Counted from the whole stretch's first letter, positions 36,682-48,530 are shown. The stretch is 63,993 bases of DNA, filler included, from Vicugna vicugna (GCA_013265495.1; 73 parts of 72 records of this genome joined end to end with filler, not necessarily neighbours in it), one strand, 5' to 3'. Numbers and translations are program-made. The notes: generated by a model not told the origin, from the letters alone.

Positions 36682-37503
36682 CTATATTCGAAATTCCCTG
36701 TTCTGCATTCCGTTTCTAAATTCTGGATTCTATATTATCCATTCTATACTCTATATTTGTGTTCTTCATTCTATATTCTACATACTATATTCTGCCTTCC
36801 GTATTCTATATTCTTTATTCTGTGTTTTACATCCTATATTCTAAATTTTATATTCAGTATTCTGTCTTCTATATTCTAGATTCTGTGTTCTGCATTCCAT
36901 GTTCTATTCCATGTTCTAAATTCTGAGTTATGTATTCTGTTTCCCATATTCTATATTTTGTGTTCTATATTCTATATTCTGTATTCTCTATTCTACATTT
37001 CGTATCCTATATTCTATATTCTGTGTTCTACATTCTATAATATAAAATCTATATTCAGTATTCTGTATTCTATATTCGAAATTCCCTGTTCTGCATTCCG
37101 TTTCTAAATTCTCCATTCTATATTCTATATTCTGTGTTCTAAATTCTATCTTCTGTATTCTACATTCTGCATTCCGTATTCAATATTCTATATTCTGTGT
37201 TCTACATTGTATATTCTAAATTCTATATTCAGTATTCTGTATTCTATATTCTAATTTCTCTGTTCTCCATTCCATGCTCTAAATTGTGGGTTCTATATTC
37301 TGTATTCTATATTCTATTTTCTTTGTTCTACATTCTATATTCTAAATTCTATATTCAGTGTTATACATACTATATCCTAAATTCTGTGTTCTACTTTCTA
37401 TATTCTTTTTTCTATATTCTACATTCCGTATTCTATATTCTATATTCTGAGTTCTGATTTCTATATTCGAAGTTCGATACTCAGTATTCTGTATTCTATA
37501 TTC
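36682..37503. repeat. Satellite family C
   Basis: Heptamer phasing; ctatattcgaaattccctgttctgcattccgtttctaaattct recurs at 36682 and 37070 (about two superunits). Confidence 0.95.
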
Positions 37504-37603
37504 NNNNNNNNNNNNNNNNNNNNNNNNNNNNNNNNNNNNNNNNNNNNTTAATTAATTAANNNNNNNNNNNNNNNNNNNNNNNNNNNNNNNNNNNNNNNNN
37601 NNN

Positions 37604-38112
37604 ATTGGATTCATGGGGGCTGAAATTCCAAGAAATGAAACCAACCACTATGTGCATTTTACTGTCGGACTCTTTTGCTCTTAGTACACTTTGGCAGAGC
37701 TACTTGCCTTTGTTATAGGCTTCTTATATTTCTTCTCTACGTAGCCTAAAATATGGCATTCCTTCATCTTGTTGGAAGACATACAAGTCTACATCACGGA
37801 CTAGGAAACCATTTGATTCCAAATCGGCATTAGTGTTAGGTCACGATATGCTCTTATGAATCAAAATTTACGAATATGAATGCACGCTTCTGATTTCCAA
37901 ATTTCCGAATACAGGTGTGCTGAGTACATGGAAACCACGATACTGGGTCGATGCGTTCTGAATGACCCTTGACCTCACCTTGAGAATTTTCTTTTGAATA
38001 ATCAAGGTTCCCTTTGTATATGTCAGCCAACCATACCATTTTGGTGCTTGTTTGTTGGTATGATTGCTTGTTGGTCGGCTTCTCGCTTGTTTTGCAAACA
38101 CGTCAGGCCATG
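37604..38112. repeat. Unclassified multicopy sequence G, copy 2 (opposite orientation)
   Basis: Homology to 21815-22008. Confidence 0.83.
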
Positions 38113-38212
38113 NNNNNNNNNNNNNNNNNNNNNNNNNNNNNNNNNNNNNNNNNNNNTTAATTAATTAANNNNNNNNNNNNNNNNNNNNNNNNNNNNNNNN
38201 NNNNNNNNNNNN

Positions 38213-39148
38213 AGGGAATGCTGGGGTGGTTTGCAGGAATTCCCGGGGACAGAGGCTGCCTCCCCAAATTAAGGGAAGGTATTTTTCGGACTTCCCCGGA
38301 CAGGGAACACCTGTGACTTAAGAGAGCTGCATGGAGTTGTCTCTCGAGCTCCCCCTCGCACTGACAATGGTTCCGGAACCCTGAGCGTGGGGTGGTTCCA
38401 ACAACGGTCGGCAGCACGTGGGTTCAAACGGAATGCCTGAGCTGGTCTCCCCTGAGGGTTTTCCTAATATTTCTGAGAAAGGGAATGCTAGGGGTGTTTG
38501 CAGGAAATCTCAGTGACAGAGGCTGCCTCCCGAAGGTCAGGGAAGGTATTTCTCGGACTTCCCCGAACAGGGAACACATGTGAATGAAGAGACCTGGGTG
38601 GAGTTTTCTCTCGAGCTCCCCCAATCACTGAAAATGTTACCGGATCCCTGAGCGTGGGGAGGTTACACCAACGGTCGGCAGCTCGTGGGTTCAAACGGAA
38701 TGTCTGAGCTGGTCTCCCTGAGGGTTTTCCTAATTTCTCTGTGCCAGGGAATGCTAGGGTGGTTTGCAGGATATCCCAGTGACAGAGGCTGCCTCCCCTA
38801 GGTCAGGGATGTTATTTCCCGGAATTCCCCGAACAGGGAACACCTGTGAATGAAGAGAGCTGCGTGGAGTTGTCTCTCGAGCTCCCCCACGCACTGACAA
38901 TTGTTCCGGAATCCTGAGCGTTTGGAGGTTCCACCAACGGTCGTCAGTGCGTGGGTTTTAACGGGATGCCTAACCTCGTCTTCCCTGAAGGTTTTTCTAA
39001 GTTCTCTGTGCCAGGGAATGCTAGTGGTGATTGCAGGATATACCAGTGACAGAGGATGCCTCCCCAAGGTCAAGGAAGGTATTTCTCACACTTCCCCAAA
39101 CATGGAACACCTGTGACTGAAGAGACCTGCGTGGAATTGTCTCTCGAG
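38213..39148. repeat. Satellite family B, reverse orientation, ~3.5 monomers
   Basis: Repeated gacagaggctgcctccc and ctctcgagctcccc motifs. Confidence 0.95.
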
Positions 39149-39248
39149 NNNNNNNNNNNNNNNNNNNNNNNNNNNNNNNNNNNNNNNNNNNNTTAATTAA
39201 TTAANNNNNNNNNNNNNNNNNNNNNNNNNNNNNNNNNNNNNNNNNNNN

Positions 39249-40024
39249 CTTCAATGATGGCTTGCCAAGGGTGGTGTGCGGGAGAAATTGGGGTTTGGGC
39301 TGTAAATCCAGATATTAGCGAGTGCTTCTCCATGGGAAGAGGAAATTATTAACCAAAATCCCACAACCTGGGAATATCTTTGCTCCTTGAAAAATGCGTG
39401 GACTCTGTTTCCCCACCTCCAGCACACACATGAATATTTGATCTGGTATCCTGAGTGTGGGGAGGCACCTCCCACTGACAGCAGCATCTGGGATCAAATA
39501 GGATCACTTAGGTTATCTTCCCTGAGTGTATTCCAAGGACGGGATGGGAGCGAAGGTGGGGGTTAGGCTCTAAAGCCAAGTAAATAGCGAGGGCTATGGG
39601 CAGTGGAGGTGTTTAAAGTACATTCCCTCCCTGGGAACACCTGTGCCCCCATAAAGTTGGGTGGACTATGTATCTCCAACAAAAGCACACACAAAGACTT
39701 GTTCAGGTATCTTGAGTGTCGGGAGTCTCCTCCAACTGACAGCAGCGAATGGGTTCTATTAGAATCCCTTAGCTTGCCTTCCCTGATGGCATGCCTAGGC
39801 TGGAGAGTGGGTGAAAGTGGGGGTTGGGTTTGATGTCCAAGTAGCAACGAGTGCCAATTTACTGAGGAAGTACTTAGAGGATTTCACGCTAATGTGGAAC
39901 ACCTGTGCCCCCATTCATCTGTGTGGACTGGGTATCCACACCTCCCCCACACACAAGGTTGGGATCCGGAATCCTGAGGGTTTGGAAGATCCTCCAACTG
40001 ACAGCAGCGCCTGCGTTCTAATAG
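39249..40024. repeat. Satellite family D, three diverged monomers
   Basis: ctgacagcagc at 39475, 39736 and 39998 (spacings 261, 262). Confidence 0.9.
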
Positions 40025-40124
40025 NNNNNNNNNNNNNNNNNNNNNNNNNNNNNNNNNNNNNNNNNNNNTTAATTAATTAANNNNNNNNNNNNNNNNNNNN
40101 NNNNNNNNNNNNNNNNNNNNNNNN

Positions 40125-40909
40125 ACAGAATTTAGAATATAGAGTATAGAATACTGAATAGAGAATTTACAATATAGAATGTAGACCACAGAATATAGAA
40201 TACAGAATACAGAATATAGAAACCAAAATTTAGAACATGGAATGCAGAATGGAGAATTTAGAATATAGAATACCGAATACAAATATAGAATATGAATATA
40301 CAATATAGAACACAGAATTTAGAATATAGAATACAGAATACTGAATATAGAATTTNNNNNNNNNNNNNNNNNNNNNNNNNNNNNNNNNNNNNNNNNNNNN
40401 NNNNNNNNNNNNNNNNNNNNNNNNNNNNNNNNNNNNNNNNNNNNNNNNNNNNNNNNNNNNNNNNNNNNNNNNNNNNNNNNNNNNNNNNNNNNNNNNNNNN
40501 NNNNNNNNNNNNNNNNNNNNNNNNNNNNNNNNNNNNNNNNNNNNNNNNNNNNNNNNNNNNNNNNNNNNNNNNNNNNNNNNNNNNNNNNNNNNNNNNNNNN
40601 NNNNNNNNNNNNNNNNNNNNNNNNNNNNNNNNNNNNNNNNNNNNNNNNNNNNNNNNNNNNNNNNNNNNNNNNNNNNNNNNNNNNNNNNNNNNNNNNNNNN
40701 NNNNNNNNNNNNNNNNNNNNNNNNNNNNNNNNNNNNNNNNNNNNNNNNNNNNNNNNNNNNNNNNNNNNNNNNNNNNNNNNNNNNNNNNNNNNNNNNNNNN
40801 NNNNNNNNNNNNNNNNNNNNNNNNNNNNNNNNNNNNNNNNNNNNNNNNNNNNNNNNNNCAAAAAGGAATGCAGAATATAGAATACAGAATATAGAATATT
40901 GAACACAGA
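40125..40909. repeat. Satellite family C, (GAATATA)n orientation; gap 40356-40858
   Basis: agaatatagaatacagaatac; catggaatgcag. Confidence 0.93.
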
Positions 40910-41009
40910 NNNNNNNNNNNNNNNNNNNNNNNNNNNNNNNNNNNNNNNNNNNNTTAATTAATTAANNNNNNNNNNNNNNNNNNNNNNNNNNNNNNNNNNN
41001 NNNNNNNNN

Positions 41010-41120
41010 TACGACTGAAACATTATGCTGTACACCAGAAATGGACACAACATTATAAACTGACCAAACTTCAATAAAAAAAGAATGCAAAGTAAAAAAT
41101 TCTATTATTAAAAAAAAAAA
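41010..41120 (+). mobile_element. L1 3' terminus with A-rich tail
   Basis: gactgaaacattatgctgtacaccagaaat.gacacaacatt.taaactgac...acttcaataaaaaa. Confidence 0.8.
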
Positions 41121-41294
41121 GGGNNNNNNNNNNNNNNNNNNNNNNNNNNNNNNNNNNNNNNNNNNNNNNNNNNNNNNNNNNNNNNNNNNNNNNNNNNNNN
41201 NNNNNNNNNNNNNNNNNNNNNNNNNNNNNNNNNNNNNNNAAAAAAAAAAAGGGAGGATGGGAAAGCGTGGGGAGGGTAAGGGAGAATATACACT

Positions 41295-41951
41295 TAACCT
41301 TCATTTCTCAAGGATCTTCCTATTGGATACAGAATTCTGGGTTGAGAGCGCCTTCCTTTTGGCCCTTTAAACATGTTGTGTTACCCCTCACTGGGTTCTG
41401 TAGTTTCTGGCCAGCAGTGTGCAGTAAATTGAGTCAGTGTTCCCCCAAAAGTAACACATCGTTTCCCCTGGGTACTTTCGTATCTTTCTTGGTCTTCAGC
41501 ATTCAGCAGTAGTATCCTGACATGTCTGGGCATGTTATTTATTTGGATTTATCTTTTGAGGGAGGGTTGCTGAAATTATTACATCTGTAGGTTTTTATCT
41601 TTCACCAAATTTGGGGAGTTTCCAGCCATAATGGAAGAAATAATTTCTTCAACAATGTTTTCAGTATGTTCTCTTTCTCCTCTCCTTCTGGGACAACAAT
41701 GACATAAATATTAGACTTTTTTTGTTCTCGCCCCGTATAGGTCCCTGAAGAGCTGCTCGCTCTTTCATTTTGTGGAAGGGGTTATCTTTTTTTCGCTCTG
41801 TTGTTCAGACTGAGTAATTTCTATTTATCCATGTTCCCTGTTTCCTCTGTCACCTCCTTTGCGCTATTGAGCTCAGTCAGTGAGGTGTTTGTTCCTGTAT
41901 TTGGCGGTTGTATTTTTCAGTTCTAAAATGTCCACTTTGTTCTTCATGTCT
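41295..41951 (-). mobile_element. Old L1M ORF1-region fragment
   Basis: ggatacagaattctgggttga; tctttcaccaaatttggggagtttccagccataat; ctctccttctgggac..caatgaca..aatattagac. Confidence 0.68.
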
Positions 41952-43199
41952 NNNNNNNNNNNNNNNNNNNNNNNNNNNNNNNNNNNNNNNNNNNNTTAAT
42001 TAATTAANNNNNNNNNNNNNNNNNNNNNNNNNNNNNNNNNNNNNNNNNNNNTCCCCATGAAGCGGCAGCTCTCACGGGCACTTACCTAGTAAACAGTTGT
42101 CGGCCGTAAACATCATGCACTTTCCTTGGTAGTTTTACTGGCCCCACCTTTGAGATGAGGTCATTGAAGCTGCGGAGTTTGCTGCATACCCGTTTATACC
42201 TTGGAAATATCCCCACTGGATTTTCAACCTACACTGGTGTGGCTGTCATGTCCCAGCCCTGTGAATGTCATCCTGTAGCTTCTCCCAAGCGGCCCAAATG
42301 ACTGACATTGATATGCTTAATTCGTAGGAAATGATATGTGACAATAAGAGAAAAAGGTAGTAAGAAATTGTTTGGAAAACTAGAAAAGAATCCAGTTCTT
42401 CCCCAGCTGGGGGAGCGTACCCTGTGTCACTCACCCCACTCACTGCCTGTCACCTCCTCCCTGCCGACTCTGCATTCAGAAGCCACCCTGAGCCTTTGAG
42501 GAACATTTTGCCTCATGACACTTTTGACTAGGACCTGCAACATNNNNNNNNNNNNNNNNNNNNNNNNNNNNNNNNNNNNNNNNNNNNNNNNNNNNNNNNN
42601 NNNNNNNNNNNNNNNNNNNNNNNNNNNNNNNNNNNNNNNNNNNNNNNNNNNNNNNNNNNNNNNNNNNNNNNNNNNNNNNNNNNNNNNNNNNNNNNNNNNN
42701 NNNNNNNNNNNNNNNNNNNNNNNNNNNNNNNNNNNNNNNNNNNNNNNNNNNNNNNNNNNNNNNNNNNNNNNNNNNNNNNNNNNNNNNNNNNNNNNNNNNN
42801 NNNNNNNNNNNNNNNNNNNNNNNNNNNNNNNNNNNNNNNNNNNNNNNNNNNNNNNNNNNNNNNNNNNNNNNNNNNNNNNNNNNNNNNNNNNNNNNNNNNN
42901 NNNNNNNNNNNNNNNNNNNNNNNNNNNNNNNNNNNNNNNNNNNNNNNNNNNNNNNNNNNNNNNNNNNNNNNNNNNNNNNNNNNNNNNNNNNNNNNNNNNN
43001 NNNNNNNNNNNNNNNNNNNNNNNNNNNNNNNNNNNNNNNNNNNNNNNNNNNNNNNNNNNNNNNNNNNNNNNNNNNNNNNNNNNNNNNNNNNNNNNNNNNN
43101 NNNNNNNNNNNNNNNNNNNNNNNNNNNNNNNNNNNNNNNNNNNNNNNNNNNNNNNNNNNNNNNNNNNNNNNNNNNNNNAAAAAAAAAATGTGGGGCATG

Positions 43200-43585
43200 A
43201 GAAGGGCTGTGTCCCAGGCTTTGATTGAGCCCCTGGGATATGCCCCACCAGATTTTGTTTCTTGGCTTCATGCATTAAAGAATTCAAGAGCAAGCCAGTG
43301 TTGAGTAAAGGTAGATTTATTCAGAGAGATACAATGAAAGGCAAGAGAAACGTCACGAGATTTGGGGGTTTGATGCTCAGATTAAAAGTAGGTACACATT
43401 CCACAGACAGAGTGTGGGACTTCTCCGAAGAGGGAGAGAGAGGTGTGCCCGCGAGGTGGCGCTGTGTTGCTGATTTTCTTGGGCTTGGTGGCTTCATATG
43501 CTAATAAGTAGAAGGACAGGCCTAAGGGCAAGGGGCTGGCATTCCCAGGGAGTTGGCCATTTCCCACCCTGTGATATATTGTGGC
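43200..43585 (-). mobile_element. ERV LTR (ERV1-like), antisense
   Basis: ttcttggcttc.tgca..aaagaattcaagagcaagcca...tttatt (poly(A) signal on the minus strand near 43316), typical of antisense ERV1 LTR R/U5. Confidence 0.6.
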
Positions 43586-43807
43586 NNNNNNNNNNNNNNN
43601 NNNNNNNNNNNNNNNNNNNNNNNNNNNNNTTAATTAATTAANNNNNNNNNNNNNNNNNNNNNNNNNNNNNNNNNNNNNNNNNNNNTTATTGCAGTTATTT
43701 CAAGTGATACTGTTTCTTTATGAATCACTAATGAGCTGCTAAGAAGGTTGCACAGTTCACCATTGTCTCTCATAAAACAGGCTCCTTGTTCCTATTTTGC
43801 TCCGTAG

Positions 43808-43964
43808 GGACTCATTACACCATGACCAACGGAGGCAGCATCAGTGGCTCCACGCACTTGCTGGACCTCTTGGATGAGCCGATCCCGGGTGTCTGCACGT
43901 ATCATGACTTCCACACCATCGACTGGGTGTGGGAGAAGTGTAAGGGCCGAGAGAGGCACAGCAG
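43808..43964 (+). pseudogene. CLCN3: Intron-flanked CLCN3-like exon (ClC-3 Cl-/H+ exchanger N-terminal region), probably from a degenerate duplicate
   Basis: Acceptor ...ttttgctccgtAG at 43806-43807 and donor GTGAG at 43965. Translates to [52 protein letters not shown], compared with ClC-3 as I recall it, [53 protein letters not shown]. The CLCN3 identity is secure; pseudogene status is inferred. Confidence 0.8.
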
Positions 43965-46900
43965 GTGAGCGTTTCCAGGAGCTTTTAAAGTACAGTGCAT
44001 AATTAGATCATTTCATAATGACTTTCTGCCAGTGACCTCAGCTTGCCAAAATTTGTTACACATTATAAGTAGATGTAAGTAAATTTCTTTGTTTTATAAA
44101 TAATACTTTTTTTCTCTATGTGACTTTTTTTTAGAAGTTTTTTTTTTAATATCCCCTGTCTTTCTGGAAAGGATTTGAAGTAGCTTAGAATTGAAGTGTC
44201 ATGAGACAAAATAGGGAGGGAGGGGAACCATGGCATGTGAGCTGGGGGAGGATCAGGCCAAGGTCCAACCTGGAGGTCAGCATAGTGCTTGGCTTGGAGC
44301 AGCGCGGAGGCTGCGGCCGTGGTTCCAGCTGTTAGAGAAGGAGGCTTTTGTGGCGTGGGGTTTNNNNNNNNNNNNNNNNNNNNNNNNNNNNNNNNNNNNN
44401 NNNNNNNTTAATTAATTAANNNNNNNNNNNNNNNNNNNNNNNNNNNNNNNNNNNNNNNNNNNNTCAGCCAAGCATCTGCTGTGCACTCTTCTAACACTCA
44501 GCACATCATCTTCAAACCCATGTCTCCCGTCCGCTTGAGAGTGTGCGTCGAAGTTAAAGAGAGTTTCACCTTTACTGCTCCATCAACAGGGCTCACTGGT
44601 ATCCATTACCTGCTTTTCCTTCTCCTGCTTCCAGGTGTTCTGAGGCCTCATCCTGCTTTGGAAGTAACAGACCTCTCTTCGGCAAGTGTCCTGTGCCAAG
44701 GGCTGAGTGAGTGGATGTTTCCATGGCTGTGTTCATGGGAGCGAGTGAGCGCAGGTTGCATTGCTTCTCTATCAATTGCTTCTCTATCAACTGGGCATCG
44801 ATGAATCAACAATTTCCAGATACATTTCACAGAAATGTGATTTTTTTTTATCTCTTGGTTTCTATACAGCCGTGGTGGGAGGGATTGTCCGAAGACTCCA
44901 ATTTTGACATTGTGTTGATATCTCATTTGCAGTCTTTAAAAATTTAATAGAATTGATATAAATGTTTTGGGAGTTATACGAAAATGAAGTTAGTTTCTGA
45001 AACATACTAAATCGACCTAGAAGCCAGACTTGTCAATTTCGGTAACATTTTGTCAGCTCTAAAGAAAACATTGACAGATAGAATGCAAACTAGCAGTACG
45101 AACTTTTAAAGGGGTCATGTCAACTCTTTACTGTTGAAGCCTCNNNNNNNNNNNNNNNNNNNNNNNNNNNNNNNNNNNNNNNNNNNNTTAATTAATTAAN
45201 NNNNNNNNNNNNNNNNNNNNNNNNNNNNNNNNNNNNNNNNNNNCGGCTGGTTATTCACAGGCGCTGAAACTGTGGACTCTCGATCTCAGCAATTTAAAGG
45301 GCATCATCTTTAATTACAAAAGCAATCACTTTTTCAGTAGAAAAAGGAGAAAAGATTTTGTGCCCCCCACCTCCAACTTTCTTCCTCCGCCTTCAGAGGT
45401 GTTTCTCACTCTCTGGGCAAAGGTAGAAAGCAACACACAAAATATTATTTTTCAATGTATTTTTTCCCACTCTGAAGATTGCTTTCCCAGAACCGATGAA
45501 GGCTAGGATGATTTGGCTTCCCTGGACTGAGGATTCAGAGGCGTGGGGTGGAGGGTGGTGGGGAGATAATTCAGCGTTATTGAACCAAAGAGAAACATTA
45601 AAAGCTTCTACTATAAACAGAAAGGAAGCAGGATGCTATAGAAATGGGAANNNNNNNNNNNNNNNNNNNNNNNNNNNNNNNNNNNNNNNNNNNNTTAATT
45701 AATTAANNNNNNNNNNNNNNNNNNNNNNNNNNNNNNNNNNNNNNNNNNNNGTAAATATGTCTTATTGGGGCTATTATCAGCATTAATAATAACAAGAACA
45801 ATCTGGGGGCAGCACGTCATTTGGTATTTTAACACACACGAAAAAATCCTTGGAAAAAAGTTATTGTTCTAATTAAGTAAAATAAAGTTCATTGAAAGGA
45901 AAAGTTGTACGCATTTGGAGAAGTTGATAGGACATTTAGAACTTTATAGTCTCATTAAAATACCATTTAAATAATTCAGCCTCCCCCTACCCTGGAAAAC
46001 GGGATGGAGTAACCGCTACTCTAGTGAGATTTTTCAGATTTATTCATTTTCCTATTATCTAAATAATCCCTAATGAATTAGAAAATTCAATCCATTTCTG
46101 AGAGTAGGCAGTCTGTTTTTCTGTATTCAACGCTGGAGTGAAACTTATTTATGTGTTCTTTTCGAAAGAGATAGAATTTCCAAGTGTTTTTTGAATTCTT
46201 TTTGTTCCTCTANNNNNNNNNNNNNNNNNNNNNNNNNNNNNNNNNNNNNNNNNNNNTTAATTAATTAANNNNNNNNNNNNNNNNNNNNNNNNNNNNNNNN
46301 NNNNNNNNNNNNATAAAAAATAGTTTTAGATAAAATTATAGGACCCAGAACAATTAACATATTGGTTGATTCACTGAACCCTCCATTTTTCTGCTCTTAA
46401 AAGAAATTCAAACTATATGGCTTTGTAGACATTTGTTTGCTTTAATGCAATGTTTGGTTTGCTCTTAAACACTCGAGTGCTAGTGGTCTTTAACTCTAAG
46501 ACAGCGTAGACAGTATTTGCAACCTTGCACAGCCTCTGAGAATAATTGTCGCATTTAAGTTGGACCGATAGAAGATATTGACCTATAGTATTTGTATACG
46601 TACATACACATGTAAGGGGAGGAGGGAGGTTTCCATCAGGCTAATGCTTTGCAGCTAATCAAACTCATAGTGTTTTTAGAGCACTTTCAGGAGTCACAGT
46701 CTATGAAAGAGATGGATATTCTTTATTCTGAGTCCCTTGTAACTAACTTTGCCTACATTGGTGTTAAGTTTTTCTTGTTTAAGAACTTTAAATGAAAATA
46801 AGTTATATAATAAAAATATAAATTTCTTNNNNNNNNNNNNNNNNNNNNNNNNNNNNNNNNNNNNNNNNNNNNNNNNNNNNNNNNNNNNNNNNNNNNNNNN

Positions 46901-47456
46901 NNNNNNNNNNNNNNNNNNNNNNNNNNNNNNNNNNNNNNNNNNNNNNNNNNNNNNNNNNNNNNNNNNNNNNNNNNNNNNNNNNNNNNNNNNNNNNNNNNNN
47001 NNNNNNNNNNNNNNNNNNNNNNNNNNNNNNNNNNNNNNNNNNNNNNNNNNNNNNNNNNNNNNNNNNNNNNNNNNNNNNNNNNNNNNNNNNNNNNNNNNNN
47101 NNNNNNNNNNNNNNNNNNNNNNNNNNNNNNNNNNNNNNNNNNNNNNNNNNNNNNNNNNNNNNNNNNNNNNNNNNNNNNNNNNNNNNNNNNNNNNNNNNNN
47201 NNNNNNNNNNNNNNNNNNNNNNNNNNNNNTGAATTAATACTATTTTTACAATGAGTATGGTATGTAAATATATTATATATCCAAATTCCCTTGGATTAAT
47301 GCCTTTGAAATCTGCCAGTGAAACTTTGCCTTTAAGCCAAATTAATAATTACAAATNNNNNNNNNNNNNNNNNNNNNNNNNNNNNNNNNNNNNNNNNNNN
47401 TTAATTAATTAANNNNNNNNNNNNNNNNNNNNNNNNNNNNNNNNNNNNNNNNNNNN

Positions 47457-47861
47457 GGAACTTCCCCACGCTCAGGATTCCGAAACCATTGTCAGTGAGT
47501 GCGGGATCTCGAGAGAAATATCCACGCAGCTCTCTTCAGTCACAGGTGTTCCTTGTTAGCGGAAGTCCGATAAATACCTTCCCTGACCTTGGGGAGGCAG
47601 CATCGGTCACTGGGATATCCTGCAATCACCCCTAGCATTCCCTGGCACAGAGATATTAGGAAATCCCTCAGGGGAGACGAGCTTAGGCATTCCGTTAGAA
47701 CCCACGTGCTGCCGTCCGTTGGTGGAACTTCCCCACGCTCAGGATTCCGGAACCATTGTCAGTGCGTGGGGGATCTCGAGAGACAACTCCACGCAGCTCT
47801 CTTCAGTCACAGGTGTTCCTTGTTAGCGGAAGTCCGATAAATACCTTCCCTGACCTTGGGG
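47457..47861. repeat. Satellite family B, 1.5 near-identical monomers ending at a telomeric junction
   Basis: agtcacaggtgttccttgttagcggaagtccgataa at 47538 and 47805 (267). Confidence 0.95.
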
Positions 47862-48134
47862 TTAGGGTCTAGGGTCAGGGTCAGGGTCAGGGTTAGGGTT
47901 AGGGTCAGGGTTAGGGTCAGGGTCAGGGTCAGGGTCAGGGTCAGGGTTAGGGTCAGGGTCAGGGTCAGGGTGAGGGTCAGAAGTCACAGGTGTTCCTTGT
48001 TAGCGGAAGTCCGATAAATACCTTCCCTGACCTTGGGGTTAGGGTCTAGGGTCAGGGTCAGGGTCAGGTTTAGGGTTAGGGTTAGGGTCAGGGTCAGGGT
48101 CAGGGTTAGGGTTTAGGGTTACGGTTAGGGTTAG
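47862..48134 (+). repeat. Telomeric/variant repeat array (TCAGGG, TTAGGG, TGAGGG) interrupted by a 57-bp satellite-B piece (47982-48038)
   Basis: Direct reading; the G-rich strand runs away from the satellite to the scaffold end. Confidence 0.96.
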
Positions 48135-48235
48135 NNNNNNNNNNNNNNNNNNNNNNNNNNNNNNNNNNNNNNNNNNNNTTAATTAATTAANNNNNNNNNN
48201 NNNNNNNNNNNNNNNNNNNNNNNNNNNNNNNNNNT

Positions 48236-48390
48236 AATAGTGTATAATAAAAAATAATATTAAAAGAAATGTATATATATATACATTTATATGTATATAG
48301 GTATATATTTATATATAACTGAATCACTATACTGTACATCAGAAATTAACACAACATTGTAATCTGACTATAATTCAATTAAAAAAAGAA
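48236..48390 (+). mobile_element. L1 3' terminus
   Basis: ataactgaatcactatactgtacatcagaaattaacacaacattgtaatc.gactata.ttcaattaaaaaaa. Confidence 0.8.
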
Positions 48391-48399
48391 AGAGAAAAC

Positions 48400-48530
48400 A
48401 ATTAAATTCTTCAGGCAATTAGGAGGAAATTCAGTTTCTTCCTTAATCTTTTCAGCCTTGATTGTTTTCAGCTTTAAATAATCTGCATGTCAAAGAGACA
48501 TTTTGTGGTGGTAAATTTTGCTTCCCTATA
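48400..48530 (-). mobile_element. MER34/MER39-like ERV1 LTR 5' end
   Basis: Reverse complement begins tatagggaagcaaaatttaccaccacaaaatgtctctttgacatgcagattattt..agctg. Confidence 0.55.

Noticed and set aside
44760..44790. 15-bp tandem duplication ttgcttctctatcaa (and a 35-bp-spaced duplication near 58935-58993)
   Set aside because: Ordinary local duplications with no further structure.
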